A DNA stretch of 64,000 bases. It comes from Octopus sinensis. Taxonomy: Eukaryota. Below are positions 12,727-24,307 of this stretch, piece after piece. The translations under genes and the position numbers were made by a program. How positions within the stretch are numbered: position 1 is the first letter of the stretch; the number at the start of each line of letters is the position of its first letter. A model generated the notes under the pieces. The model did not search any database. It was not told where the DNA came from and saw only the letters and a program-made list of their open reading frames with translations. Location of the stretch: positions 15,934,001 to 15,998,000 of the forward strand of contig NC_043013.1 in assembly GCF_006345805.1 (NCBI RefSeq), read 5' to 3'.

Positions 12727-12758
<32 letters not shown>

Positions 12759-12789
12759 ATATATAATATATATATATATATATATATCA

Positions 12790-12945
12790 TCATCATCATT
12801 GTTTAACATCCGTTTTCCATGCTAGCATGGGTTGGACGGTTTTGACTGAGGGCTGGCAACAAGATGGCTGCACCAGGCTCCAGTCTTGATCTGGCAGAGT
12901 TTCTACAGCTGGATGCCCTTCCTAACACCAACCACTCCGAGAGTT
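12790..12945 (-). mobile_element. RTE 3' tail
   Basis: Same tail sequence as 23880-24018. Confidence 0.85.
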
Positions 12946-13262
12946 GCTGGAAATTTGGTATGCATTACAACTGGAACCTCACTTGGACCTCTGCATAACC
13001 ATCTGTCATTCCTTAGGATTTACCTTTTGGTCTTGATCAAAGTTCTTAGAGAAAAACCAAAGCGCTGCAGTTTCTTGATGTTTCAATTTGTAGAGCAAGC
13101 ACTTTCCACGGATCAAATGATTACCTTTCATTGTACCTGATATGAATTGACCTCTTCACATCACATACAACTTGTAACAAATAAATTCATGCACAATTCT
13201 TCCGATGGTGCATTATGAAACCTTGAAGTCCTTTGCAAAGTCTATCATTGACTTTCCAGGGT
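12946..13262 (-). mobile_element. maT transposase middle fragment
   Basis: YNPGKSMIDFAKDFKVS...FDQDQKVNP / NDRWLCRGPSEVPVVMHTKFPA; DNA homologous to 54985-55065. Confidence 0.8.
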
Positions 13263-13264
13263 TG

Positions 13265-13655
13265 TATTACTCTATTACTCTATTACTTGTTTCAGTCATT
13301 TGAATGTGGCCATGCTGGAGTACCGCCTTTAGTTGAGCAAATCGACCCCATGACTTATTCTTTGTAAGCCTAGTATTTATTTTCTTGGTCTCTTTTGCCG
13401 AACCACTAAGTTACATAAGCACACCAGCATCGTAAACACACCAAGCAATGTTGGGGAGACAAACACAGACACACAAACATACACATACATACATATATAT
13501 ACATATATACGATGGGCTTCTTTCAGTTTCTGTCTACCAAATCCACTCTCAAGGATTTGGTCGGCCTGAGGGTATAGTAGAAGACACTTGTCCAAGGTGC
13601 CACACAGTGGGACTGAACCTGGAACCATATGGTTCATAAGCAAGCTACTTACCAC
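13265..13655 (-). mobile_element. SINE family B, full length (head, internal (TG)n, 3' domain)
   Basis: Same architecture at 24308-24860, 26410-26892, 34100-34440 and 48130-48635. Confidence 0.85.
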
Positions 13656-13760
13656 TGATTTCATGTCATTCATCATTAATCTGAATAAGAACTTATAAAA
13701 GAATTAGTTATAAGAATGTTAGAGCTATTTAAAGTAATGCCCTCGAAATACTGATGCACC

Positions 13761-13793
<33 letters not shown>

Positions 13794-13808
13794 TGTATGT
13801 ATGTGTAT

Positions 13809-13849
<41 letters not shown>

Positions 13850-13851
<2 letters not shown>

Positions 13852-15585
13852 CAGTTTTGGGGATTAGTAGATATATGGGTATTCTATTTCAGATAATACA
13901 AAAAAATAACCTACTGAGTATATCTAAAGGGAAACTTATGGTATCTATTTGCACATCGTGAAATAATTCTTTAAAGGATATAATCATTATAGCAACAGGG
14001 TTTAAAACATACTTCCTTAATTATTTCCTACTTAAGTTAAAATTAAAATTATCAATTATGAAGGAACTACACGTGTTTCAGTATTGGAAGATTATAATAC
14101 ACACACACACACTCACACACACACACAGACACACACACACACACACACATAAATATATATATGTAATCATCAGATTTACAATTCTACCAACACATCTTCA
14201 GGTTCTTTTTCAAAATATTGTTAATCTAATTTTACATCCCTTTAAAATTAAGCATTAAAGTAAACGTTAAATTAAATGTTAAAAATTAAAAATTATACTT
14301 TATAAAGTTAAGACTTAAAATTTACAAATTATAAATTATACATTATAAATATATCAAACTTATAAAGTCAAGTATATAATGTCAAATACAAAATATAAGA
14401 TATAAAATATACATCAGAATAAATGTCTGTGATTAAATGTGAAGAATAACATGAAAAATGCAGATACATATATAGAGGGATATATATATAAGTCTGGCAG
14501 TATTGGGAGATTCTTTTTTTAATTTCATTAGCTGTAGATCCTATATAATAATTTTATTATTATTGTTCTTAGAGCTTACTATACATTTATAAATTACATT
14601 ATCGATATTACAATTATTAGAGAGCTTACACTTAGTCTTATCACAACATGAACATTTTTCTATCTGTTGATTAAGACTCCCATCAGTATTAGTAATATTA
14701 TGGCTAGAGCTATTATTTATTGTGCTATTATAAGAATTATTTAATTTCTCATTATTTATAGAGGAAATGATATTACCTACATTTCTCGATGTTGAGTAGC
14801 TCACTTTTATGGTTTTATTGGAAAATATATTTGAATAAATGTTGTCCTTTGTAAAAGACATTTCTACAATTTCAAGTGTCTTCTTAATAATATTAGTCAT
14901 CACTTGAGCTCCATACGGAATAATTAACCATATAATGTCCTTTTTATTTTGATAATTTTTTATATTACCATTATTAGACACCATCAGTATTAAAGTGTTA
15001 TTCTTTGGTATATTATATTTCTGCTTGTGTAATTTACTGTTTTTTACAATTGATCATATTCTCATTATTAATATTACTATTATTATTGTAATCATTAATA
15101 ATAACTATATTGTTTTTATCTATATTTAGTTTCCTATATTGTCTTTTATTATTATTCATATATTTTCTGTCAGAATTATTATTAGGATTACCTGTTATAT
15201 AACTAAGGTGTTTGTAATAATTAAAGTATTTTATATTAGAGTTATATCCTGTTTCTTTTAATGCCTTATTATAATATGGGGCATGTTTATTAAAAGTGTC
15301 ATAATTGGAGGATAGTATAGATATTCTTTTCCCTATATTATCTATTAAAGCTTCTTTAACTGATCTTGGATGGTTACTTAAAGAACTAATATACATTAAA
15401 TTTTCATTGAACTTATGGAATGGATGGATCTTATTAGTGACAAGATTAAGGTTGACGTCTAGATAATTTACTGCATAGTGTTCATTCCCTAAAGATATCC
15501 CTAGACTATAATTCTTAATGAACTTGTACATTTTCTTCTTAAGGCATTCTAATGAATGCCTTAAACATACACACACATACTTCAA
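13850..15585 (-). mobile_element. Penelope-like element (Naiad-like): RT thumb, Cys motif, GIY-YIG and 3' pLTR; pseudogenised
   Basis: YLDV...YISSLSNHPRSV...IGKRISILSS...YYNKALKETGY; IIWLIIPY...KVSYS...CSCCDKTKCKLSNNC...VIYKCIV; frameshifted YIGSTANEIKKR at ~14545-14510. Confidence 0.88.
14064..14205 (-). ncRNA. type-I hammerhead ribozyme with microsatellite-expanded stem II loop
   Basis: GAAC-CUGAAGA-U-GUGUUGG...CCAAUAC-U-GAA-ACACGUGU-A-GUUC; GUA site, palindromic stem III. Confidence 0.72.
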
Positions 15586-15844
15586 ACAACCAGTTAAACA
15601 CCTTTCTACTTACCATTCTCCTATGCACATGTGTAGGAAGACACACAACAGACAGCCACTCCTACCAAAATTCTTACCATAAATTCTTCCTAGGACCTTA
15701 AGTGACACTAAATCAAACCACACACATACATAAACAGCCACAACCACACACACGCACACACACACACACACACATACGTGCTGTCATTACATACACAGAC
15801 CTGTGCACATGCACATACCCACACATACCTCCTTCTCTTGCACT

Positions 15845-16105
15845 CTCCTGTTTAGAAAGAATGGTTTCTTCACCCATTCCCTTCCAGTCATTTCAATATG
15901 TGACCGTGTGTGTATTGTTGGAAATTTTCTTTCTCCGTCTTCCCTTCTATGGACTTTTTCTATATTTCTGATGAAGAGCCCCGCTCGAAATGTGAAATCC
16001 TCTTCCGTTTCTTTCCCTTCCTGAGTGTCCAATAACACTCTACTTGTTCCACATTCTTGCATTGTTGTTTTTTCTTGCTTGTTGTTGTTTGGATTGACTA
16101 TATGT
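15845..16105 (+). mobile_element. PLE pLTR-like short element containing a degenerate HHR (15964-15998)
   Basis: ATTT-CTGATGA-A-GAGC-CCC-GCTC-GAA-ATGT-G-AAAT; relative at 30478-30620. Confidence 0.65.
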
Positions 16106-16108
16106 GTG

Positions 16109-16149
<41 letters not shown>

Positions 16150-16174
16150 TGTGTGTGTGTGTGTATGCATATAT

Positions 16175-16405
16175 CTATGGGTGTAAGTCTTTGTGTCTAT
16201 GTTTGTCCCCCACCACCATCGCTTGACAACTGATGTTGGTGTGTTTACAGCCCCATAACTTAATGGTTCACCAAAAGAGACCAGTAGAATAAGTTCTAGG
16301 CTTACAAAGAATAAGACCTGGGGTCAATTCCTTTGACTAAAAAACCGTCAGTACTCCAGCATGGCTACTGTCAAATGACTGAAACAAGTAAAAGAATAAA
16401 AGAAT
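16175..16405 (+). mobile_element. SINE family B, 3' domain
   Basis: TTTGTCCCCC...CGCTTGACAAC...CAGCATGGC...AAATGACTGAAACAAGTAAAAG. Confidence 0.8.
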
Positions 16406-17717
16406 ATATACATATATATATATACACACACATACACACATACATGTATTCAGTGGTAGTGTTGTGATTGGTATTGTCATACATACACACACACACACAT
16501 GCTCACACACACACACACACAGACAAAGAGAGAGAGAAAGAGAGAGATGCATATAAATATATAGCTGCACACATACACACATTCTACAGTGGTGTTGTGA
16601 TTGCATAAGTATTTTTCACACATGCGTACTCACATACGCACACAGATATATATTCACCTTAGTACATATATAAATTCATACACACTGGTACATCCTAAGC
16701 ATGCACACACACACACACATACAGAGAGAGAGAGAGAAAGATAGAGAGATAGAGGGGGGTGAAGGAACAGACATAGACACACAAACATTGACATGGAAAC
16801 ACGTTTACATGCACACAAACACACTCACACGCACACACACACAGTGACTTAATACACACGCAAATTTTAATTAAGCTGAACTATTAAAATATCTTAATTA
16901 AAACAGAATATTGTGCCTGTAAGCATTCATACGCGGGCGGGCGTGTTCCAGTTATGTATGTGAGTATCTAATTGTATAATTTCATGTGTACCTGTACATT
17001 GTACCACATGCTGCCCACCCACCCAGCCCCACCTCAAGCCTCTGTATCACCTCACCTATTGTCACACCCCCCAATGTCCTTCCAGGGCATATCTCAACAC
17101 ATGTTTGCTATCATCTCTCTCTCTCTCACTATTGCTTTCTTTGTCTTACTCTCTAATTCACTCACTTTTCTTTTCCAACTGGTTCCTCTATACCTTAAAT
17201 CTTTCAACTGGCACAAAGCCACACCCATTCAATACAACGTTTGGTCTTGCGAAGTACTTAATGACTTTGTTGATGTTGATGTCACATAAGGAGAACTGGT
17301 GCCAATGCCATATAAAAAGCACTGGTGATGGTGCTATGCAAACCCCCTCCCCCCCCCCACCCAGTACATTCTGTAAAGTGGTTGGTGTTAAGAAGGGCAT
17401 CCAGTTGTCAAAACCCTGTTAAAACAGACATTGAAACCCGGTGTGGCTTCCAGCCTTGCCAGCCCCTGTCAAATCATCAAACCTATGGCAGCATGGAAAA
17501 TTGATGCTAAATGATGATGATGATGATAATGATGATGATGATGACGATGATGATATGCGTATAAGTATCTATGTTCCAGGTATGTGTGTGTGAGTGTGTA
17601 TGTGTAGTGTGTGTCTGTATGTATGTGTATGAATATGTTTCTATATGTATGTGTATCTGTGTGTGTGTCTGGCTGTCTGTATGCATGTGTATGAGCATGT
17701 TTCTCTATGTATGTGTA

Positions 17718-17751
<34 letters not shown>

Positions 17752-17964
17752 TATGTGTGTGTATGGACAGACATGAATGAACGGTTTCTGTAGCTCACTT
17801 GACAATCATAAAGTTATAAGACTGAATAAATGGAAACTGTACAGAATCCTGCCAGAGGATGAACTGGGCTTATGAGAGAGATTTCATAAGGTGAAACAAA
17901 ACTAATTTAGGGCCCTATCCTGGGGCCCTAAATTGACATGGAAATTCAAGGATGCTGAACTTTT

Positions 17965-18130
17965 CTTAGGCACAGATATGGCTGTGACATTGAGCAGTTT
18001 GCTTTCCAACCACATGGTTTTGGGTTCAGCCCCCTTGCGTGGCATCTTGGGCAAGTGTCTTCTTCTATAGCCCTGGGCTGACCAAAGCCTTGTGTGTGGA
18101 TTTGGTAAAAGGAAACAGACAGAAGCCAAT
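17965..18130 (+). mobile_element. SINE family B, 5' part
   Basis: GGCTGTG...CCAACCACATGG...GGGTTCAGCCCC...TTGGGCAAGTGTCTTC. Confidence 0.8.
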
Positions 18131-18697
18131 TATATATATATATATGTGTGTATTTGCATAAATGTGTGTGTATGTGCACTTGTGTGTGTGCAAAGAGAAC
18201 TCAGAACTATATAGTCTAATGTTGCCTTTATTTTTAAGATAACAAGGGTGTAATTAGGGGGAGACTTGACTGTTATTTCTTACAAGCTTAGCAACCATAT
18301 AGATGGTCTCTCATTGGTTTAGCTTAATATATGTGTGTGTGTGTTGTGTATGTGCATGTGTATGTATGTGTATGACATTTGTGAATGTTTGTTAAGTAAA
18401 TTATGTCTGCATATAACTATTACTGTAATGATATGAGTGCTTGTGTATATGTATGTATTTGTGTGTGTGCGTGTGTGTGTGTGTGTGTGTCTTTGTGCTT
18501 GTGTGTTAACAATTACATTTATAAAATTCATAAAATTACGAAATCAACAAAAAATTCAGATTTAACCTTTACCTCACAATTTAAAAATTTTTTTTCTATT
18601 TCATTTTCTATTTTATTCAAATTATAGTTTTTAATTCAAAAAAAAAAATCTAAATTTTAAGTCATTAATGGACTGGATTAATCTTGAAAACCCCCTG

Positions 18698-18716
18698 AAA
18701 GAAAGAAAGAAAGAAA

Positions 18717-18750
<34 letters not shown>

Positions 18751-18935
18751 AAAAGAAAGAAAGAAAGAAAAAGAAAGAAAGAAAGAGAGAAAAAGAAAGA
18801 AAAAGAAAGAAAGAAAGAAAGAAAGAAGAAAGAAAGAAAGAAAGAAAGAAAAAGAAAGAAAGAAGAAAGAAAGAAAGAAGAAAGAAAAGAAAGGAAGGAA
18901 GGGGAAAAAGAAAGAAAGGAAGGAAGAAAGAAATC
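18698..18935. repeat. (GAAA)n microsatellite
   Basis: Direct inspection. Confidence 0.95.
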
Positions 18936-19412
18936 AGAAATAACTTTGATTGCAAAACAAATTCAAGCTGAGCCAACTTGTTGGAGACCTTGGAGTAGAC
19001 AAAGAATTTAAATGGTTGGATAAGATCCATAGTTTCATATGGTCAATGGTTATTCTTGGGAATCCAGCAAGGAAGTTTAATAATTGCTTTATATATGAAG
19101 GGTATAAAAATATTTTGTTTTATATACAAAGTATCAAAATGTTTGCAGACTAGTTCTGTAGCATGCCACAGATGGCAGCACACAGTTCTGTGCCCAGTGA
19201 GAGCTAGCAGTGACCTTCATGAGGCAGTGTGCCAAGTAACATTGCTGTGTTTACTTTACAAGTTGTGAAATTTGTGTTTTTGTGATAACATGTCAGCTGT
19301 TGTCTGTGATTTTGTCATGGACAGAAAGTTGGAACAAAGAGCCAGCATGAGATATTGCATTACATTTGGGAAGTTTGTTACAGAGACATTGAGCAAGCTT
19401 CAGTAAGCTTAA

Positions 19413-19633
19413 CCCTTTTGTTACCGTATTATTTTGAGATGCTCTGTGATCCCTTCAATTAATTTTAAATATAACAAAGAATTTAGTAAAATATCTAAGT
19501 TATCATTAAGCTAGCATTAGGAATATAAATTGTGACTAAGGTTTGGTGGAAGATTTTAATTCAAAACTTATGAAAACAAGACATTTGTACTACAGAGCCA
19601 GATCCGGTTTCAGCTGGGCTGGTATCAAAAGGG
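19413..19633. mobile_element. piggyBac-like MITE
   Basis: TIRs CCCTTTTG(T/A)TACC, 12/13 match; TTAA at 19409-12 and 19634-37. Confidence 0.85.
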
Positions 19634-19648
19634 TTAATGGGTCTTACA

Positions 19649-20078
19649 TAGGGCCGGATTAAGGCCTATAGAGGCCCTAAGTACTTAAAAGGTTTTGGTA
19701 CCCTCAGGTATATGCAAATGGTTCAAAATGTAAACAATAATAAACCATAAAATAAATTTTTATTTTTCAAAATGGAAACAAAATTAACAGTAAAATGGAA
19801 AATAATGTTTATTTTTGTATAATGTTTATTATTTATATTTGAAAAGTTTTCTCCTTCATTTTTTTTTTAATTACAAAAATCTTCGATGATATCATTAAAA
19901 TTAATTTTACAAAAAGCTTCTGCTTCTATACTTAGAAGAGAAAACACATTACGAATATTATTTTAGTAAGTTTAAAGTGATTTCTTTTGTGCTGTAAACC
20001 ATTTTCATTTCTGTGGTGCCCCTGTCCCTTGATGTCCTAAGCATGTGCTTATTTTGCTTAATGGTTAATCTGGCATTG
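19649..20078. mobile_element. hAT-like MITE
   Basis: Ends TAGGGCCGGATTAA and TTAATCTGGCATTG; 8-bp TSD GTCTTACA / GTCATAAA (6/8). Confidence 0.65.
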
Positions 20079-20460
20079 GTCATAAAATGTTTCGAGTGGC
20101 ATGGGCACTTCAAAAGCAAAAGAATGCCCCTGGAAGATGACAAGAGAGCTGGAAGACCTGCCATGAGTATCACCCCTGGAATTCTGGAGAAAATACATTA
20201 GTTTGTGCATGAGGTCTGTCGTAGGGATCCATGCAAGCAACCTTAAAGTCTGAACTGCATATATATATATACATTTTTTTTCCTTTCTAGTATCACATTG
20301 TACTTAGCTGTTTATATTAATTTTTTATATACACATTAGCATTCTGCTAAATCATATATAAATACATATATACTGGCAGGCAAAATTAGCCAAACGTGGC
20401 ACTGTTGATGCTAGTGGCACAATGAGTTAAGAGACTCACTATTTTCAAATTAAAATTTTA

Positions 20461-20648
20461 GCACGCCGGGCGAAATGCTTAGCAGTATTTCGTCTGCCGC
20501 TACGTTCTGAGTTCAAATTCCGCTGAGGTTGACTTTGCCTTTCATCCTTTCGGGGTCGATAAATAAAGTACCAGTTTCACACTGGGGTTGATGTAATCGA
20601 CTTAATCCCTTTGTCTGTCCTTGTTTGTCCCCTCTATGTTTAGCCCCT
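20461..20648 (+). mobile_element. SINE family A, young and CpG-rich, lacking first bases
   Basis: GCACGCCGGGCGAAATGCTTAGC...GAGTTCAAATTCCGC. Confidence 0.85.
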
Positions 20649-21522
20649 TAAAATCTTCACTAGATGGTAGATAAGATGGTTGGTTGGTCAGTCAGTCAGT
20701 GGGTTGGTCCATTGGTTGGTTGGTTGGTTGGTCAGTTGGCTGGCTGGCTGGTTGGATGGTGGGCTGGTTAGATGGTTGGTTGGATGGCAGTTTGGTTAGA
20801 TGGTTGGTTGCCTGTCTGGTTAGCTTGTTGATTGACTGGCTGGTTGTATGGCCGGTTGGTTTGCACATTTTTTTTTACAAAACTTGTCATTAAAGGTAAA
20901 AGAAAAAAGAATACAAAACAAAAATATATAACATAAACCTAGTCAATTGTTACTTTAATTATGTAATGGATATAGGGGTGGGGAAAAGAAATCAAACTAG
21001 TTTGAACTGTGCAACAAAAGTTTTAGTAACTTAACAAAGCAAAAATAAATTACAAAAAAAAAAATTTAATTAATTTTTTTTTCCTTTAATTAAAAGAAAA
21101 AAAAATCAAGAATTTTATCTCGAATTAATAATATTTCCTTAAACATTACTTGGTCAAAAAAATAAATAAATAAAGCAAAATTGCTAAAATAAAAAAAAAT
21201 TTAAATTAGAAAATAAAACACTTAATGGAAAATTGCTAAATAATATACAACTGATTTACATATTATGTTAATGACACTAAAATATTCCTAATATAAAAAA
21301 GAGGCCCACAAATTTTGGAGGGAAAAATCATCACCATCATCATCATCATCCTCATAGTTGTTGCTTTTGCCATCATTATTATCATCAACATTATTTTAAA
21401 ATCTACTTCTCTATGCCTGCATGGGTCAGCTGAAATTCACTATTGCAGATTTTTTATGGCCAAATACTATTCCTGCTTCCAACCCTCACCTATTTTCATG
21501 CAAAGTAATATTTCCGCTAATT

Positions 21523-21736
21523 AAGGCAGCGAGTTGGCAGAATCGTTACTGCACTGGGAAAAATGCTTCACGGCATTTTGCTCGTCATTAGATTCTGAGT
21601 TCAAATTCCACCGAGTTCAACTTTACTTTTTATCCTTTCAGGGTCAATAACGTAAGAACCAGTTGAGCATTGAGTTGATGTAATTGACTTGATCCCTTCG
21701 CCAAAATTGCTGGCCTGGTGACAAAATTTGAAACCA
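21523..21736 (+). mobile_element. SINE family A copy
   Basis: TAAGGCAGCGAGTTGGCAGAATCG head; family homology. Confidence 0.8.
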
Positions 21737-22017
21737 ATTTTTATTCAAGTCCTTTCAACAATAAACAGCTTGACATTTTCATAGAAGATTGCAAAAAAAA
21801 AAACCAAAAAAGAATGACACTATTTATATGGCAGTGACATTGTTTACAGCTTGCATGGAATATCAAGGCAAGAAGATTGAGCATACACAATGTACGCACG
21901 CACACACACACACTCACACATATACACACAGACATGCACACACATTTGACTGTTGCTGGTATGGCTGTGTGGTGAAGATGTTTATTTCTTAACCATGTGG
22001 CCTCGGGTTCAGATAGT

Positions 22018-22330
<313 letters not shown>

Positions 22331-22352
22331 ATAAAAAATATATATATATATA

Positions 22353-24018
22353 TATAAGCCATGTACAGAGATGCCGTAAGTAAGGTTAGGGTTGGCAACA
22401 TGTACACAGAAGAATTCAAAGTAGAGGTTGGGGTCCACCAGGGTTCAGTACTCAGCCCCCTCCTATTTATCATAGTACTCCAGGCAATTACGGAGGAATT
22501 CAAGACAGGTTGTCCCTGGGAGCTCCTCTACGCTGACGACCTTGCTCTTATTGCTGAGTCACTATCAGAACTGGAGGAGAAGTTCCAGGTGTGGAAGGAG
22601 GGTTTAGAATCGAGGGGCCTTAGAGTCAACCTAGCTAAAACCAAAGTACTAATAAGTAGGAAGGTAGACAATCCACAAATGTCTTCAGGAAGATGGCCCT
22701 GCTCGATCTGTAGAAAGGGTGTAGGTAGAAACTCTATAAGATGTACCCAGTGTAAGCTATGGACATATAAGAGGTGCAGCAATGTCAAAGGTAGATTAAC
22801 TGGGAAGATAGTTTTTGTATGTGGCAGATGCTCGGGAGCATTAACCTCCGAAAATCTACAGAAAACAACTTCCGTCACTTTCCAGGGGGAAAAACTAGAA
22901 GTAGTTGATAGCTTCCGTTATCTAGGTGACCAAGTCAGTAGTGGGGGAGGATGCGCTGAAAGTGTAACTGCTAGAATAAGAATAGCCTGGGCAAAGTTTA
23001 GGGAGCTCTTACCTCTGCTGGTGACTAAAGGCCTCTCGCTCAGAGTAAAAGGCAGACTGTATGATGCGTGTGTACGAACAGCCATGCTACATGGCAGTGA
23101 AACATGGGCCGTGACTGCTGAGGACATGCATAAGCTCGTGAGGAATGAAGCCAGTATGCTCCGATGGATGTGTAATGTCAGTGTACATACTCGACAGAGC
23201 GTTAGCACCTTGAGAGAAATGTTGTACCTAAGAAGCATCAGTTGTGGTGTGCAAGAGAGACGATTGCGCTGGTATGGTCATGTGGCAAGAATGGATGAAG
23301 ATAGATGTGTGAGAAAGTGCCAATCCCTAGCAGTTGAGGGAACCCTTGGAAGAGGTAGACCCAGGAAAACCTGGGACGAGGTTGTGAAGCACGACCTTCG
23401 AACTTTAGGCCTCACTGAGGAAATGACCAGCGACCGAGACCTTTGGAAATATTCTGTACGTGAGAAGACCAGGCAGGACAAGTGAGCCCAGCCCACTTAT
23501 GAATGCCTTTCCTCCCTTGGACACAAAGACCTGTTGAGGCAAGCGAAGTCGATATAGAACCTCATCCGACGACAGGCACCCATGCCAACCCCCTCTGCTT
23601 GCGAAGACATGTTGGGGCAAGCGAAATCGAAATCGAAACCGAATTGAACCAGCCAAGATCCCTGGTCTGGTGGTACGTAAAAAGCACTATCCGACTTGTG
23701 GCCGATGCCAGCGCCGCTTCGACTGGTTTCCGTGCCGGTGGCACGTAAAATACTCCAATCCGACCGTACGACAGGCACCCATGCCAACCCCCTTTGCTTG
23801 TGAAGACATGTTGGGGCAAGCGAAATCGAAATTGAATTGAACCAGCCAGGATCCCTGGTCTGGTGGTACGTAAAAAGCACATCCAGCTGTAGAAACATTG
23901 CCAGATTAGACTGGAGCCTGGTGCAGCCTTCTGGCTTCCCAGATCCCCGGTCGAACCGTCCAACCCATGCTAGCATGGAGAACGGACGTTAAACGATGAT
24001 GATGATGATGATGATGAT
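22353..24018 (+). mobile_element. 5'-truncated RTE-clade LINE inserted in (TA)n
   Basis: RT ORF, modular 3' UTR and (GAT)n tail; flanked by (TA)n on both sides. Confidence 0.95.
22361..23485 (+). CDS. RTE LINE reverse transcriptase, C-terminal part (truncated, 374 aa)
   Basis: GVHQGSVLSPLLF, LLYADDL, FRYLG, LHGSETW, RLRWYGHVARM, RGRPRKTW; Cys-rich insert at 22700-22831. Confidence 0.92.
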   Translation: MYRDAVSKVRVGNMYTEEFKVEVGVHQGSVLSPLLFIIVLQAITEEFKTGCPWELLYADDLALIAESLSELEEKFQVWKEGLESRGLRVNLAKTKVLISRKVDNPQMSSGRWPCSICRKGVGRNSIRCTQCKLWTYKRCSNVKGRLTGKIVFVCGRCSGALTSENLQKTTSVTFQGEKLEVVDSFRYLGDQVSSGGGCAESVTARIRIAWAKFRELLPLLVTKGLSLRVKGRLYDACVRTAMLHGSETWAVTAEDMHKLVRNEASMLRWMCNVSVHTRQSVSTLREMLYLRSISCGVQERRLRWYGHVARMDEDRCVRKCQSLAVEGTLGRGRPRKTWDEVVKHDLRTLGLTEEMTSDRDLWKYSVREKTRQDK

Positions 24019-24130
24019 ATATATATATATATATAGATTGATAGATGGATGGATGGATGGATGGATGGATGGATGGATGGATGGATGGATGGATGGATGG
24101 ATGGCTAAATAGCTAGATAGATAGATAGAT

Positions 24131-24295
24131 CAAGTCTTTAAAGTCAATAGATATGTTTCAGTCTCAATAGGCCTCTTCAGTAAAGTGTATTTACTCCATA
24201 CAAAGTGAATGTAGAGATGCTGATTGCGCATATGTGCTCATCAACAACATGGCTTATAGAAATAATACCCAGGTGAGCATTCTGTGTAGTAAGTT
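24131..24295 (-). mobile_element. PLE pLTR-like fragment with a degenerate HHR (24145-24185)
   Basis: CTGAAGA-GGCCT-ATTG-AGACT-GAA-ACATAT-C; single substitutions from GGTCT/AGACC and from palindromic ACATGT. Confidence 0.5.
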
Positions 24296-24307
24296 CATGT
24301 GTAGGAT

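Larger units (their letters stand above)
19123..20200 (+). mobile_element. mariner 5' remnant split by two MITE insertions
   Basis: MDRKLEQRASMRYC...ETLSKLQ*A, insertions, then CFEWHGHFKSKRMPLEDDKRAGRP. Confidence 0.8.

Noticed and set aside
22361-23485. Active autonomous LINE or host gene
   Set aside because: 5'-truncated, lacking the endonuclease and the RT N-terminus; the ATG is an internal Met.
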